Source: an uncultured Planctomycetota bacterium
Lineage (GTDB): Bacteria > Planctomycetota > Planctomycetia > Isosphaerales > Isosphaeraceae
Direction of reading: 5' to 3'
Assembly: GCA_963845755.1 (NCBI GenBank)
Contig: CAWJTV010000009.1
Coordinates: 312,409-376,408, forward strand
DNA: 64,000 nt
Positions within the stretch are counted from its first letter, which is position 1, and each line of letters opens with the position of its first letter. The position numbers and the translations under genes were made by a program. Shown here in pieces: positions 53,058 through 63,076 of the stretch. The notes below the pieces were generated by a model. The model did no database searches. It had not been told where the DNA came from and saw only the letters and a list, made by a program, of their open reading frames with translations.

Positions 53058-53675
53058 CTAGATCGAGTCGGGCGGCTCCTCCCCCGGGCGGAGGTCGGCC
53101 AGTTGCTCCGCCAGGTGCCGCAGGCCGCGGCTCAACCGCCGCTTCACCGTCACCGTCGCGACGCCGAGCAACTCGGCGGCCTCCACCTGCGTCAGCCCCT
53201 GAATGCGGACCAGGTCGAAGACTTCCCGCTGGTCCTCCGGCAGCTCGTCGATCGCGCGGAGCATGCGGAGGCCGTCGGGGGTGAGGCCGGAGACGCTGCT
53301 GGCCGGCGACGGCACGAACTCCTCGCACAGCTCGGCGACGGCCGGCTGTTCATCTAAGCGTCGGGCCAGGTCATTGAGCTCCCAGCGCATGTGCTGGTTG
53401 GCCAGCGCGAAGAGGTGGCGCACGGTCGGGGGCGGGCTTCGCGCAGGCGCCTTGAGCAACCGTTCCGCCACGGCGCCGAGCAATTCGTCGGCCTGCACGT
53501 TCAACGGCGGCTGCGTCAGGCGCGGATAACTTCGGTGCAGCATGGTGGCGCACAACAGGTGCAGTCGTCGGACGGACCGGTCGAGCAACGCCCGGACGAT
53601 CGGCTCGGCGGGGGAATCCCCGTCCAGCTCGTCGAGGTATCGCTGGACCACGGCGGTGGTGTGCTCTTCGATCAT
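53058..53675 (-). CDS. ECF sigma-70 factor
   Basis: MIEEHTTAVVQRYLDEL...FALANQHMRWELNDLARR...GLTQVEAAELLGVATVTVKRR; a short locally shifted stretch lies near 53440. Confidence 0.88.
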   Translation of the reverse strand: MIEEHTTAVVQRYLDELDGDSPAEPIVRALLDRSVRRLHLLCATMLHRSYPRLTQPPLNVQADELLGAVAERLLKAPARSPPPTVRHLFALANQHMRWELNDLARRLDEQPAVAELCEEFVPSPASSVSGLTPDGLRMLRAIDELPEDQREVFDLVRIQGLTQVEAAELLGVATVTVKRRLSRGLRHLAEQLADLRPGEEPPDSI

Positions 53676-53756
53676 CGCGCAGCCCGTCGGTTCGAGTGCC
53701 GTTGCAACCGTGCCCATTCTACTGCGACGGGGTGCGCGCCCGCCACGCTTAGTAAG

Positions 53757-54971
53757 ATGGAGCGGCTGATCGCCACGGCGCGGGCGGAGAGCCGGCCGGC
53801 CTACATCCTCGTCGCCGCCGAGTACGCCATCACGCCGGTCACCGGTTCGGCGCCGATCCCGTACCCGAAGCCCGCAAGCGGCCCCGACCTGGCCAAGGCC
53901 GTCGCGGCGATCGCTGAGCGGGTCGAGGCCGCCCGATCGCTGGCCGTTCTCCCCGCCTACACGGTCTCGCGGTTCAAGCTCCAGGACAAGCTTCTGGGGC
54001 TCATCGAGTCGCTCGGCTGCCCATTCGCCGCGATGGCGATGGACAAGGGGGTGCTCCCGGAGACACCCCCCCAGTTCGTCGGGATCTATTCGGGAGCGGC
54101 TTCGTCTTCCACCGTTCTCGAGGTGGTCGAGGGCGCCGACCTGGTCATCGACGCCGGCGGCGTCAGCTTCAACGAGATCAACACGTCCGCCTACACGAGC
54201 TGCATCGATCCCGGGAACCTCGTCACGATCGGGGTCGATCACGTCCGCATCGCGGACCGGATCTATAACCCTGTCCGGATGGGTGACGTCTTCGAAGCCC
54301 TGGCCAGTGCGGCCAAGAAGAACTTCGGATATTCGGCGCCTCCGAGGCAAGTGCCGGCCAAGCCGCCTGGGAAGCCGGACGACCCGATCACCGCCGTGAC
54401 CATGTGTCCCCGCTTTCGGGACTTCCTGAAGCCACGAGATCGAATCGTCCTCGAGAGCGGCAGCATGAGTTCCGGGATCGTCCCGCTTCCGCTTCCCGAG
54501 GGCGCCGAGGTCCAGATTCAACCTCTCTGGGGTTCGATCGGATGGGCGACCGGAGCGGCCCTGGGTATCGCGATCGCCGACCCAATGCGACGGACCGTGC
54601 TCTTCACGGGGGAGGGCTCGCACCAGATGACCGCCGCCGACGTCGGGACCATAGGACGAAACGGCCTGAAACCGGTCATCTTCGTCCTCAACAACCAAGG
54701 ATCCATGGTCGAGCGGGCGCTCGAGGAGGATCCCGACTGGGTCTACAACGACCTCGCCCAATGGAACTATCACGCCCTGCCCGCCGCCCTGGGCTGCCGG
54801 GGCTGGTTCACCGCGAAGGTCACCACGCTCGGCGAGCTCGACGCCGCGCTGGCCAGGGCCGCCGCGGGCGAATCGGCGAGCTACATCGAGGTCGTCGGAG
54901 ACAGGATGGACTTCCCGGCGGGACTCGCCATGGCCCATCAGCGCCTCGACGCCCTGTACGGGAATGGTTAG
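53757..54971 (+). pseudogene. 5'-truncated second copy of the 2-keto-acid decarboxylase
   Basis: Highly similar to the reverse complement of 18866..~20083. It lacks the N-terminal ~148 aa including the NEL catalytic Glu motif. Confidence 0.85.
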
Positions 54972-55015
54972 TGCGCCGAACCTTAGCGGCCGATCTGACC
55001 AGGATTTCGGACTTA

Positions 55016-55335
55016 GAGCGCGTAACGATTGCATTGCGCACATGCGCCCGCCGCGAGCGATGGAGACCACCCCAGCCAGGGGGGACGATGTCCGGCGGCG
55101 GCCCGCAGGGCCGCAGCAGCCAAGCCCCGGGTGAAACCCGGGGTCCGCGGCAAGCCAGCCCCCATCTCCGGCGGCCAGAAGGGCCGCAGGAGACGTCCGG
55201 CACCCCTTCAGGGTGCACGAGGAAGGCGCGGGGTGCACGAGTCCCAGGGTTTCACCCTGGGCTGGGTTCCCGCGGCCCGTCAGGCCGCAGAACATCGGCT
55301 GACAGAGTGTGGCGCAACCCATCTGTCATGCGCTC
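55016..55335. mobile_element. 320-bp MITE-like insertion with TA duplication and internal REP-like palindromes
   Basis: Ends TA|GAGCGCGTAACGATTGCATTGCGC ... GCGCAACCCATCTGTCATGCGCTC|TA. The empty site GGACT-TA-ATTGG is seen at 48985-48996. Confidence 0.8.
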
Positions 55336-55443
55336 TAATTGGGTCGTGGCGATTATTGCGGAAAGGGCGGGCAAAGACCGTCGGACTCGGTATCCTGACG
55401 TTATCACGACACGAGGTACTCGGTCGCTACGGAGGCCCGCCCC

Positions 55444-55899
55444 ATGGATCAGCTTATCCCCAGCCTCGCCGAACTGGTAGCACCCTTCCGCGATTGCTTC
55501 CGCGCCGAGATCTTCCAGACCTTCCAGGCCCTCCTCGCCGGCGGGATCCTTTGCAATGGCCACCGCACCATCAGCGAGGTCGGGCAGGCCACCGGGTTGG
55601 CCGCCCGACGGCATCATGAAACCGCTTATGCCGAGTTCCACTCCGCTGTCTGGGTATGGGACGATCTGGGCATCGTCTCGGCCACGTTGATCCTGGCCCA
55701 CCTCATCCCCGGCGGTATCATCTGGTTGGTCGTCGACGATCCGCTCTGCCACAAGCGCGACGCCAAGGTTTCCTTCGGCGGTATCTTCCTGGATCCGGTC
55801 CTCTCCTCCAAGCGACATAAGACCCTCCGCTGCGGAGTCAACTGGGTGGTCCTGGGCATCGCCGTCCCCATCCCGTTACGGCCCGATCGCTATGAGTAG
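55444..55899 (+). pseudogene. IS701-like transposase N-terminal remnant
   Basis: 'PFRDCF...TFQALLAG.IL..G.RTIS', 'LVVDD..CHKR', 'GVNWVVLG'; truncated. Confidence 0.7.
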
Positions 55900-55937
55900 A
55901 AGTCCGATATCCTAGTCCGACAAGGAGCCTCGACACC

Positions 55938-57392
55938 GTGTCCCACATTCTCCTGATTGATGACGATCTGGACATCCTACCACAGCAGATCAGGCACGCC
56001 TTTCCGGAACCCGAGTATCGCGTGGACCACGCGACGACCGGTTCCGAGGGGATCGAACGCGTGGGGCTCGAGCCCCCCGACGTCGTCCTCCTCGACCTGC
56101 GGCTGCCCGATCTCCCCGGCCCCGAGGTGTTCCGGAAGATCCACTCCCTCGACGCCCGTATCCCGGTCGTGTTTATCACGGTGGCCCGGTCCGCGGACGA
56201 CGCCATCGAGATCATGAAGCTAGGTGCCTACGACTACCTGCTCAAACCCCTCGATCTGGCGCGGCTGGAGCAGGTCGTCGATGAGGCCGCCAGGATCGCG
56301 AGGCTGAGTCGCGTGCCGGCTCGGGTCGTGGAAATTCCGGTAGACGACGACCTGGCGGGCGACTCCATCCTCGGCACCTGTCTGGCCATGCAGGAAGTCT
56401 ACAAGGCGATCGGCCGCGTCGTGCCCTTCGATCTGCCGGTCCTCATCTGCGGAGAGAGCGGCACGGGCAAGGAGCTCGTCGCCCGCGCCATCTATCAACA
56501 CGGGTCGAGGTCCGGCTCGCCCTTCCTCGCGCTCAATTGCGCCGCGATCCCCGAGCATCTGCTCGAGAGCGAGCTGTTCGGCCACGAGAAGGGCGCCTTC
56601 ACCGGGGCCGACCGCCGGCATGTGGGGAAGTTCGAGCAGTGCAACGGGGGCACGCTGTTCCTCGACGAGGTCGGCGACATGCCACTGGCGACCCAGGCGA
56701 AAGTCCTGCGGGTCCTGCACGACCAGGAGTTCGTGCGCGTCGGCGGCGGCGAGATCATCCGGACTAACGTGAGGCTGATCGCGGCGACGCATCGGGACCT
56801 CAAGCGGTGGTCCGCCGAGGGGCGGTTCCGACCGGACCTCTATCATCGAATCGGCGTGTATCAGATCGACCTGCCGCCACTCCGCGAGCGAGGGGAGGAT
56901 CTCAAGCTCCTCGTGCATCACTTCTTGCGGCGCTTCGGGCGTGAGTTCGGGCGGCCGATCGAAGAGATCGCGCCGGAGGCGATGGATCGGCTCCGAGGTC
57001 ATTCGTGGCCCGGGAACGTCCGGGAGTTGCAGAACGTGCTGCGTCAGTGCCTGCTCCGGTCCCGGGGCCCGATCCTGCTCGCCAATTTCGTCCCCGAACT
57101 CGAGCCCGACGCCGCGGGATCGGGAGGCGTCGCGCCCTCGACACAGCGTGGAGACGCGCTGGGGGCGTTCGTCCGGCGAAAGCTCTCGGCCGGCGCGGGA
57201 GGAGTCTATGAAGAGACCCATCGCTGGGTCGATCGCCTGCTCCTCAGCATGGCGCTCGAGCACACGGGAGGCAATCAGAGGCAGGCGGCCGAGATCCTGG
57301 GCATCGTGCGCAAGACGCTGAGGGACCGGCTGCGCGACGCGAACCTTGCGGTCCATCGCTCCGTTAACCCGGGAGGAGGTGGCGCGACCTGA
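55938..57392 (+). CDS. NtrC-family sigma-54-dependent response regulator (REC-AAA+-Fis HTH)
   Basis: REC 'LLDLRLPD', Walker A 'GESGTGKE', 'GAFTGA', 'LFLDEVGD', 'WPGNVREL', HTH 'GNQRQAAEILGI'. Confidence 0.93.
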   Translation: MSHILLIDDDLDILPQQIRHAFPEPEYRVDHATTGSEGIERVGLEPPDVVLLDLRLPDLPGPEVFRKIHSLDARIPVVFITVARSADDAIEIMKLGAYDYLLKPLDLARLEQVVDEAARIARLSRVPARVVEIPVDDDLAGDSILGTCLAMQEVYKAIGRVVPFDLPVLICGESGTGKELVARAIYQHGSRSGSPFLALNCAAIPEHLLESELFGHEKGAFTGADRRHVGKFEQCNGGTLFLDEVGDMPLATQAKVLRVLHDQEFVRVGGGEIIRTNVRLIAATHRDLKRWSAEGRFRPDLYHRIGVYQIDLPPLRERGEDLKLLVHHFLRRFGREFGRPIEEIAPEAMDRLRGHSWPGNVRELQNVLRQCLLRSRGPILLANFVPELEPDAAGSGGVAPSTQRGDALGAFVRRKLSAGAGGVYEETHRWVDRLLLSMALEHTGGNQRQAAEILGIVRKTLRDRLRDANLAVHRSVNPGGGGAT

Positions 57393-57555
57393 GCCGCTCG
57401 CGTCCGTCGCCAGACGGACTGGTGCTGGTTTCTTTCCACGTCGGCACGAACGTGTCCTTTGGCCTGGCACTTCTCGATCCACGTCGCTGGATTTCGGATT
57501 CTCGTCGTCTCCGCAAGTTCTGAGCCATATTCGACTTGCGTCTCCAGAAAACGAG

Positions 57556-57571
57556 CGGCACGCGGCATGCA
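57556..57571 (+). promoter_or_regulatory. Putative sigma-54 (-24/-12) promoter
   Basis: CGGCACG-CGGC-ATGCA has GG and GC at consensus spacing, just downstream of the NtrC-type gene. Confidence 0.4.
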
Positions 57572-58475
57572 TAACGCAGCAATCGCTGTGCCGTGACCTC
57601 ATTGCCGAGCTCCGGCACGACGTAAGTTGCGAGAGAGAATGGGGCGGCCGTCGGATTCATGGACTGTCTGACTCGGACAGCGCCAGGACAACAAAGCAAT
57701 TTAATATCATGAATCATCGTTTTATCGCGATTCGGCCGAGGACTTGGCCGATCTGGGGCAACCCTCTTCGGGACCGTTCTATGTTGTCGAACGGAAAACA
57801 ATCCGCCCAGCGTCGAACCTCCTCCCCCGGCGGCCCTCTCCTGATCCGGCTCCGGGTTCTACACCGCAGGCTGTGGATCCTGAATGCGACCTTCGAGTCC
57901 TTCCTCGCGCGGGTCGAGCGGGCCTCGCGCCGGGACGACAACGGCGCGGACGATACGGCCGCTGCAGGCACGCTCTTGGGACGGACGTCCCCTGGCGAAC
58001 GCGCGACGATGGCCGGCTTGCCGGCCTGGTGGAGGCAGGCCCGCCTCCGGTGGCGGGCGGATCGTGCCGAGGCTCGCGCGGCCGTCGCGATCGAGCGGGC
58101 CGCGGCCACGCTCGCGTTGGCCGACGCGGCGGTCCGGGACGCCACCGAGGCGCGCGCCAGGGCCGACGCAGCCGGCCCCGGACAATCGTGTGTTCTCGAC
58201 CAGCCCACCGAGTCCCAGCCCAATGGCCGCCGGTCACACTCGGCCGCCGCCGCCGCCACCCCTGGAAAGGATGAGCGATGAGGAGTCGCAGTTCGCGGCG
58301 CCCTGCACGATCGGCGCGTCAGATTGGCCGGGTGACCATACCCCACGCTTAGGTCTACAGGCGAGAGCAGAAGGGGTGCGAGGGGCACCGCGGTCCGCGA
58401 GAAGGTGGTGACGGCGGTCACGAAAAGGCGGGCGAGCATGTGAACAGGCCCAGAACCGAACCCGAGGAGAAAGCC

Positions 58476-59711
58476 ATGAGCGCAACGAACACCGCGACGA
58501 CCACGGCAACAACTCCCGCGAAGCAACCGAAGCCGCTGCCGGCGCCGAATAGCGACTTCTACGAGCTCGCTGACACCTTGGACTCCGAGGAACTCGCGCT
58601 CCTGAAACAGGTGCGTGCGTTCATGGAGGCCAAGGTCGCGCCGATCATCAACAAGTACTGGATCGAAGATTCGTTTCCGTTCGAGCTGCTGCCGGTGATC
58701 CAGGAACTGAATCTCGGCGGGCTGGGGATGCAGGGATACGGGTGCCGAGGCGGAAGCGCGCTGCTGTTCGGCCTGGCCGCGATGGAGATGTCGCGCGTTC
58801 AACTCGTCGATCGCGACCTTCTTCGGCGTCCACAACGGCCTGGCCATGGGCTCCATCTACGCCGCGGGATCGGAGGAGCAGAAGCAGAAGTGGCTGCCGC
58901 CGATGGCTCGCTTCGAGAAGATCGGCTGTTTCGGCCTGACCGAGCCGCTCGTGGGTTCCGGAGCGAGCCACGGTCTGATGACGACGGCGAAGCGCGAGGG
59001 GGACACCTGGGTCCTCAACGGCCAGAAGAAGTGGATCGGCAATTCGCCCTGGTGCGACCTCTCGATCATCTGGCGCGTGACGTCGCCGACAACCAGGTCA
59101 AGGGCTTCATCGTCGAGAACAAGACCACGCCCGGCTTCAGCGTCGAGAAGATTCAGAACAAGATCGCGCTCAAGGTGGTCCAGAACGGCTTGATCACGCT
59201 GAAGGATGTTCGGGTGCCCGAGGAGAACCACCTTCAGGAAGGCAAGTCGTTCCGCGACACCGCACGGGTGCTGCGCATGACGCGGTATCTCGTCGCGTGG
59301 GAGGCGACGGGATGCCAGATGGGAGCATACGAGCACGCGGTTCGGTACGCCCAGGAGCGGCTGCAGTTCGGCAAGCCGATCGGCTCGTTCCAGCTCATTC
59401 AGGACTTGCTTGCGAGGATGCTGGCCAACGTCACGGCATGTCAGTGCTTGGTGGTGCGCTCGGCGCAGCTCCACGCGGAAGGCAAGCTGGGGGACCATCA
59501 CGCGGCCCTGTCAAAGGCGTTCTGCACCTCCAAGATGCGCGAGACGGTCTCGTGGGCCCGCGAGATTTTCGGCGGCAACGGCATTACCACCGACTATGAC
59601 GTGGCCCGCTTCTTCGCGGACGCCGAGGCGCTCTACTCCTACGAAGGGACGTACCAGATGCAGAACCTGATCGTCGGCAAGGCCATCACCGGTTTCAGCG
59701 CCTTCGTGTAG
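58476..59711 (+). CDS. Acyl-CoA dehydrogenase (glutaryl-CoA dehydrogenase-like), two compensating frameshifts
   Basis: RBS GAGGAG; 'GCFGLTEP..GS', 'LNGQKKWIGN', 'RLQFGKPIGSFQLIQ', 'GGNGI', 'YSYEGT'. Confidence 0.88.
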   Translation: MSATNTATTTATTPAKQPKPLPAPNSDFYELADTLDSEELALLKQVRAFMEAKVAPIINKYWIEDSFPFELLPVIQELNLGGLGMQGYGCRGGSALLFGLAAMEMSRVQLVDRDLLRRPQRPGHGLHLRRGIGGAEAEVAAADGSLREDRLFRPDRAARGFRSEPRSDDDGEARGGHLGPQRPEEVDRQFALVRPLDHLARDVADNQVKGFIVENKTTPGFSVEKIQNKIALKVVQNGLITLKDVRVPEENHLQEGKSFRDTARVLRMTRYLVAWEATGCQMGAYEHAVRYAQERLQFGKPIGSFQLIQDLLARMLANVTACQCLVVRSAQLHAEGKLGDHHAALSKAFCTSKMRETVSWAREIFGGNGITTDYDVARFFADAEALYSYEGTYQMQNLIVGKAITGFSAFV

Positions 59712-59780
59712 CGACGGTCGGATCGTGCGGCAAGGTGGTGAGATCGCAACGGCTGACTTTTCGCAAGAAGGGGCATACCC

Positions 59781-60584
59781 ATGAGTTCGGCAACCGCAGC
59801 ACCAACCCGCGAGAACGTGCTGTACGAGAAAAAGGGGGCGATCGCATACGTGACGCTCAATCGGCCAAAGGTCTTGAACGCCCTCAACAAGGCCACCATC
59901 GCGGAGCTGACCGAAGTCTTCGAGAATGCCCGTGATGATGCCGCGGTGCACGGCGTGCTCTTGACCGGCGCCGGCGACAAGGCGTTCGCGGCCGGCGCGG
60001 ACATCGGCGAAATGGCCGACGATACCCCGGCCGAGGCTGAGGACAAGACGCGACACGGGCAGAGTCTCACCCAGGTCATCGAGGACCTGGGCAAGCCGGT
60101 GATCGCGGCCGTCAACGGTTTCGCCCTCGGCGGCGGCTGCGAGCTGGCGATGGCGTGTACGATCCGGCTGGCTGTCGAAACGGCCAAGTTCGGCCAGCCC
60201 GAAGTGACCATCGGCATCATCCCCGGATTCGGGGGGACGCAGCGCCTGTCGCGGCTCGTCGGCAAGGGACGCGCGCTGCAATTGATTCTCAGCGCCGACA
60301 TGATCGACGCCCAGGAGGCCTACCGGATCGGCTTGGTCAACGAGATCGTTGCCAAGGACAACCTCATTCCGCGGGCGGAAGCCATCCTGAACAAGATCAA
60401 TGCCAATGCCCCAACCGCGGTCAAGCTCGCCATCGAAGCCACTAACCGAGGGCTTGATGTGAGCCTCGCCGAAGGGCTGAACATCGAGGCTTCGCTCTTC
60501 ACCCAGTGTTTCGCCACCGAGGACAGGAAAGAGGGCGTCGCCGCGTTTCGCGAGAGGCGCAAGCCGAAGTTCCAGGGCCGGTGA
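59781..60584 (+). CDS. Enoyl-CoA hydratase (crotonase family)
   Basis: 'TLNRPKVLNAL', 'AFAAGADI', 'NGFALGGGCEL', 'FGQPEV..GIIPGFGGTQRL'. Confidence 0.93.
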   Translation: MSSATAAPTRENVLYEKKGAIAYVTLNRPKVLNALNKATIAELTEVFENARDDAAVHGVLLTGAGDKAFAAGADIGEMADDTPAEAEDKTRHGQSLTQVIEDLGKPVIAAVNGFALGGGCELAMACTIRLAVETAKFGQPEVTIGIIPGFGGTQRLSRLVGKGRALQLILSADMIDAQEAYRIGLVNEIVAKDNLIPRAEAILNKINANAPTAVKLAIEATNRGLDVSLAEGLNIEASLFTQCFATEDRKEGVAAFRERRKPKFQGR

Positions 60585-60633
60585 CGGGGGCCGAGCGTGA
60601 GGCGCTATCCCACTCAATCTGACGAGGTGAGCC

Positions 60634-61872
60634 ATGAGTAGTGACAATATCTTTGCCGGCCTGAAGGTCGTGGACCTGGCGAGCTTCATCGCGGGCCCGA
60701 GCGCCGCGGTGATCCTGTCCGACTTCGGCGCGGACGTGATCAAGGTTGAGCCGCCCACCGGGGACGGCTGGAGAAAGGGGCACAGGATCCCGCCGCAGCC
60801 GCAAGCAAATGACGCCTATCCCTGGCACCTGGCCAATCGCAACAAGCGCGGCATCACGCTCGATCTGAAGTCTCCGAGCGCTCCGCAGGTTCTCGAGCGG
60901 CTTGTCAAGTGGGCCGACGTGCTCATCGTCAACACACCGCATCCCGCACGCAAGCGACTGAAGCTCGAATACGACGATGTGGCGCGGTGGAACCCGCGTC
61001 TGATTTATGCGGACGTCACGGGCTTCGGCGAAAAAGGGCCCGACGCCGATCTGCCGGGATTCGACATCACATCGTACTGGGCGCGAAGCGGATTGTTGTC
61101 GATGACGCGCGACGCGGGCGAGCCGCCGACCTGGCCGGTGGCCGGCAGCGGTGACAATGCTACCGCCGTCGGCCTCTATTCCGCGATTGTGACGGCGCTG
61201 TATCGTCGTGAGCGCACCGGCAAGGGATCCTATGTCACGACATCGCTCCTCGCTCAAGGCGTCTGGTCGGCCAGCGTTTCGATCCAGGCCGCGCTGTGCG
61301 AGGCGAAGTTCTTCGGGCCGCACGACCGAAAGAATCCCGCCAATGCGGCGCTGAACGTGTATCGCGCCTCGGATGGCACCTGGTTCGTGCTCATCGTCAC
61401 GCCCGACAAGTTGGCCGCCGTGGCGAAAGCCATTGGCCGCGCGGATCTCCTGACGGATCCGCGATTCTCCGATCCGGCCAAGCTGATTCAGAACATGCCG
61501 CAGTTGACCGCCATTCTGGACGACGTCTTCGGCTCGCAGCCGATGACGCACTGGTACGAGGTCTTCAATGGCGTTCATGTCACGTTCGGCGCCGTGCGTG
61601 GGCCGCAGGAAGTCATTGACGATCCGCAGCTACGGTTGAACGACATCGTCGTTCCGCTCGAAGGAGCCGGCGGCAAGCTGACCTCGACGATCAGCAGTCC
61701 CATTCAGGTGCATGGCGTCACAAAAGAGGCTGCGAAGCGCGCCCCGGCACTGGGAGAGCACAACGCGGAGGTTCTCGAGCAACTCGGCTTCAGCGCGGCC
61801 GAAATCGACGAGTTGCACGCGAGTGGCGCCGTCCCGAATACAAAAGAACGGGAGGCAGCGGCCGTTGGATAG
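60634..61872 (+). CDS. CaiB/BaiF family III CoA-transferase
   Basis: 'IAGP....LSDFGADVIKVEPP', 'NRNKRGITLDLK', 'GFG..GP...PGFD', 'APALGEHN'. Confidence 0.92.
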   Translation: MSSDNIFAGLKVVDLASFIAGPSAAVILSDFGADVIKVEPPTGDGWRKGHRIPPQPQANDAYPWHLANRNKRGITLDLKSPSAPQVLERLVKWADVLIVNTPHPARKRLKLEYDDVARWNPRLIYADVTGFGEKGPDADLPGFDITSYWARSGLLSMTRDAGEPPTWPVAGSGDNATAVGLYSAIVTALYRRERTGKGSYVTTSLLAQGVWSASVSIQAALCEAKFFGPHDRKNPANAALNVYRASDGTWFVLIVTPDKLAAVAKAIGRADLLTDPRFSDPAKLIQNMPQLTAILDDVFGSQPMTHWYEVFNGVHVTFGAVRGPQEVIDDPQLRLNDIVVPLEGAGGKLTSTISSPIQVHGVTKEAAKRAPALGEHNAEVLEQLGFSAAEIDELHASGAVPNTKEREAAAVG

Positions 61873-61899
61873 GTTTCTCGCCCGCATCGCGAATCTTTC

Positions 61900-62109
61900 C
61901 CCGCGGGCGTGATCTGCGAGATCGTCAACGACGACGGCAACATGGCCCGCGTACCGGACCTGATCCGGTTCTGCATGACGCACGGCCTCGTGACGGTCAG
62001 CGCCGCCGCCCTGGCGCGGAACCGTTTGGAAACGGAGCACGAACGGTCACTCTGGGCGAGCGACGCCACCGCCCTGAGTTTGATGATGTCCGCGTTGATG
62101 GCGCAATGA
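61900..62109 (+). pseudogene. ribB: DHBP synthase C-terminal remnant
   Basis: 'PAGVICEIVNDDGNMARVPDLIRFC..HGL' is the RibB C-terminal signature; no N-terminus is present. Confidence 0.72.
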
Positions 62110-62129
62110 ACGAGATCCGGAGAAACAAC

Positions 62130-63064
62130 ATGGCAGAGACACAGCCGGCAACAACAAGACGTGCCCCCGGGGCCCAGGCCGCACACGGCCGCCTGTTCGT
62201 TCTCGACCTCAGCGGCAACCGCGTGCTGTCGCTGAACCCGGACGGCTCCGACCGCACGGTCATCGTCACCGGGTGCCGACTCCCCGACGGCATCGCGGTC
62301 GACGTCGCAGGCGGACACGCCTACTGGACCAACATGGGTGATCCCAAACTGAACGACGGCTCCATCGAGCGCGTCGACCTCGACGGGCGGAATCGCAAGA
62401 CGATCGTTCCCCAGGGCGGCACGTTCACTCCCAAGCAGCTCCAGCTCGAAACGAAGAGCGGGAAGCTCTACTGGTGCGATCGCGAGGGCATGCGCCTGAT
62501 GCGCGCCAACCGCGACGGGGCGAACCTCGAGACCCTCGTGGACACGAGCCAAGGCGATCCACGGCCGGGCCCTGATCCCACCAAGTGGTGCGTGGGCGTG
62601 GCCGTCGATGTCGGTGGCGGCAAGGTCTACTGGACGCAAAAAGGCGAAGAGAACGCGGACAAGGGCGCATCTTCCGCGCCAATATCGAGATTCCGCCCGG
62701 TCAGACGCCGGCGCACCGCCGGGACATCGAACTGCTCTACGACGGGTTGCCCGAGCCGATCGACCTGGAGATCGACCCGGCCACCGGCACGCTGTACTGG
62801 ACGGACCGTGGGGATCCGCCCCGCGGCAATACCGTCAACCGCGCGCCCCTCGACCCGCCGTCCGGCAAGCGCCCGGCGCCCGAGGTCCTGTTCACGCACC
62901 TGGAGGAAGGCATCGGCATGGCGCTGGACCGCAAGGGCGGTCGGATGTTCGTCACCGACCTCGCCGGGTCGGTCTATTCCGCCGGTCTCGATGGGTCGGG
63001 AAAGCGGACGCTGCTCTACGCCCAGGGAAACCTCGCCGGCATCGCCTACGTCGAACTCACCTGA
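62130..63064 (+). CDS. YWTD (LDL-receptor class B-like) beta-propeller protein, frameshift near 62665
   Basis: Repeats 'PDGIAVD..G.AYWTN', 'KLYWCD', 'KVYWTQ', 'TLYWTD', 'MFVTD'. Confidence 0.8.
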
Positions 63065-63076
63065 GGAGGAATCGTC

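Noticed and set aside
53058..55322. 754-aa ORF as a long sigma factor
   Set aside because: The upstream part is antisense to the decarboxylase copy and the MITE; the sigma starts at 53675.
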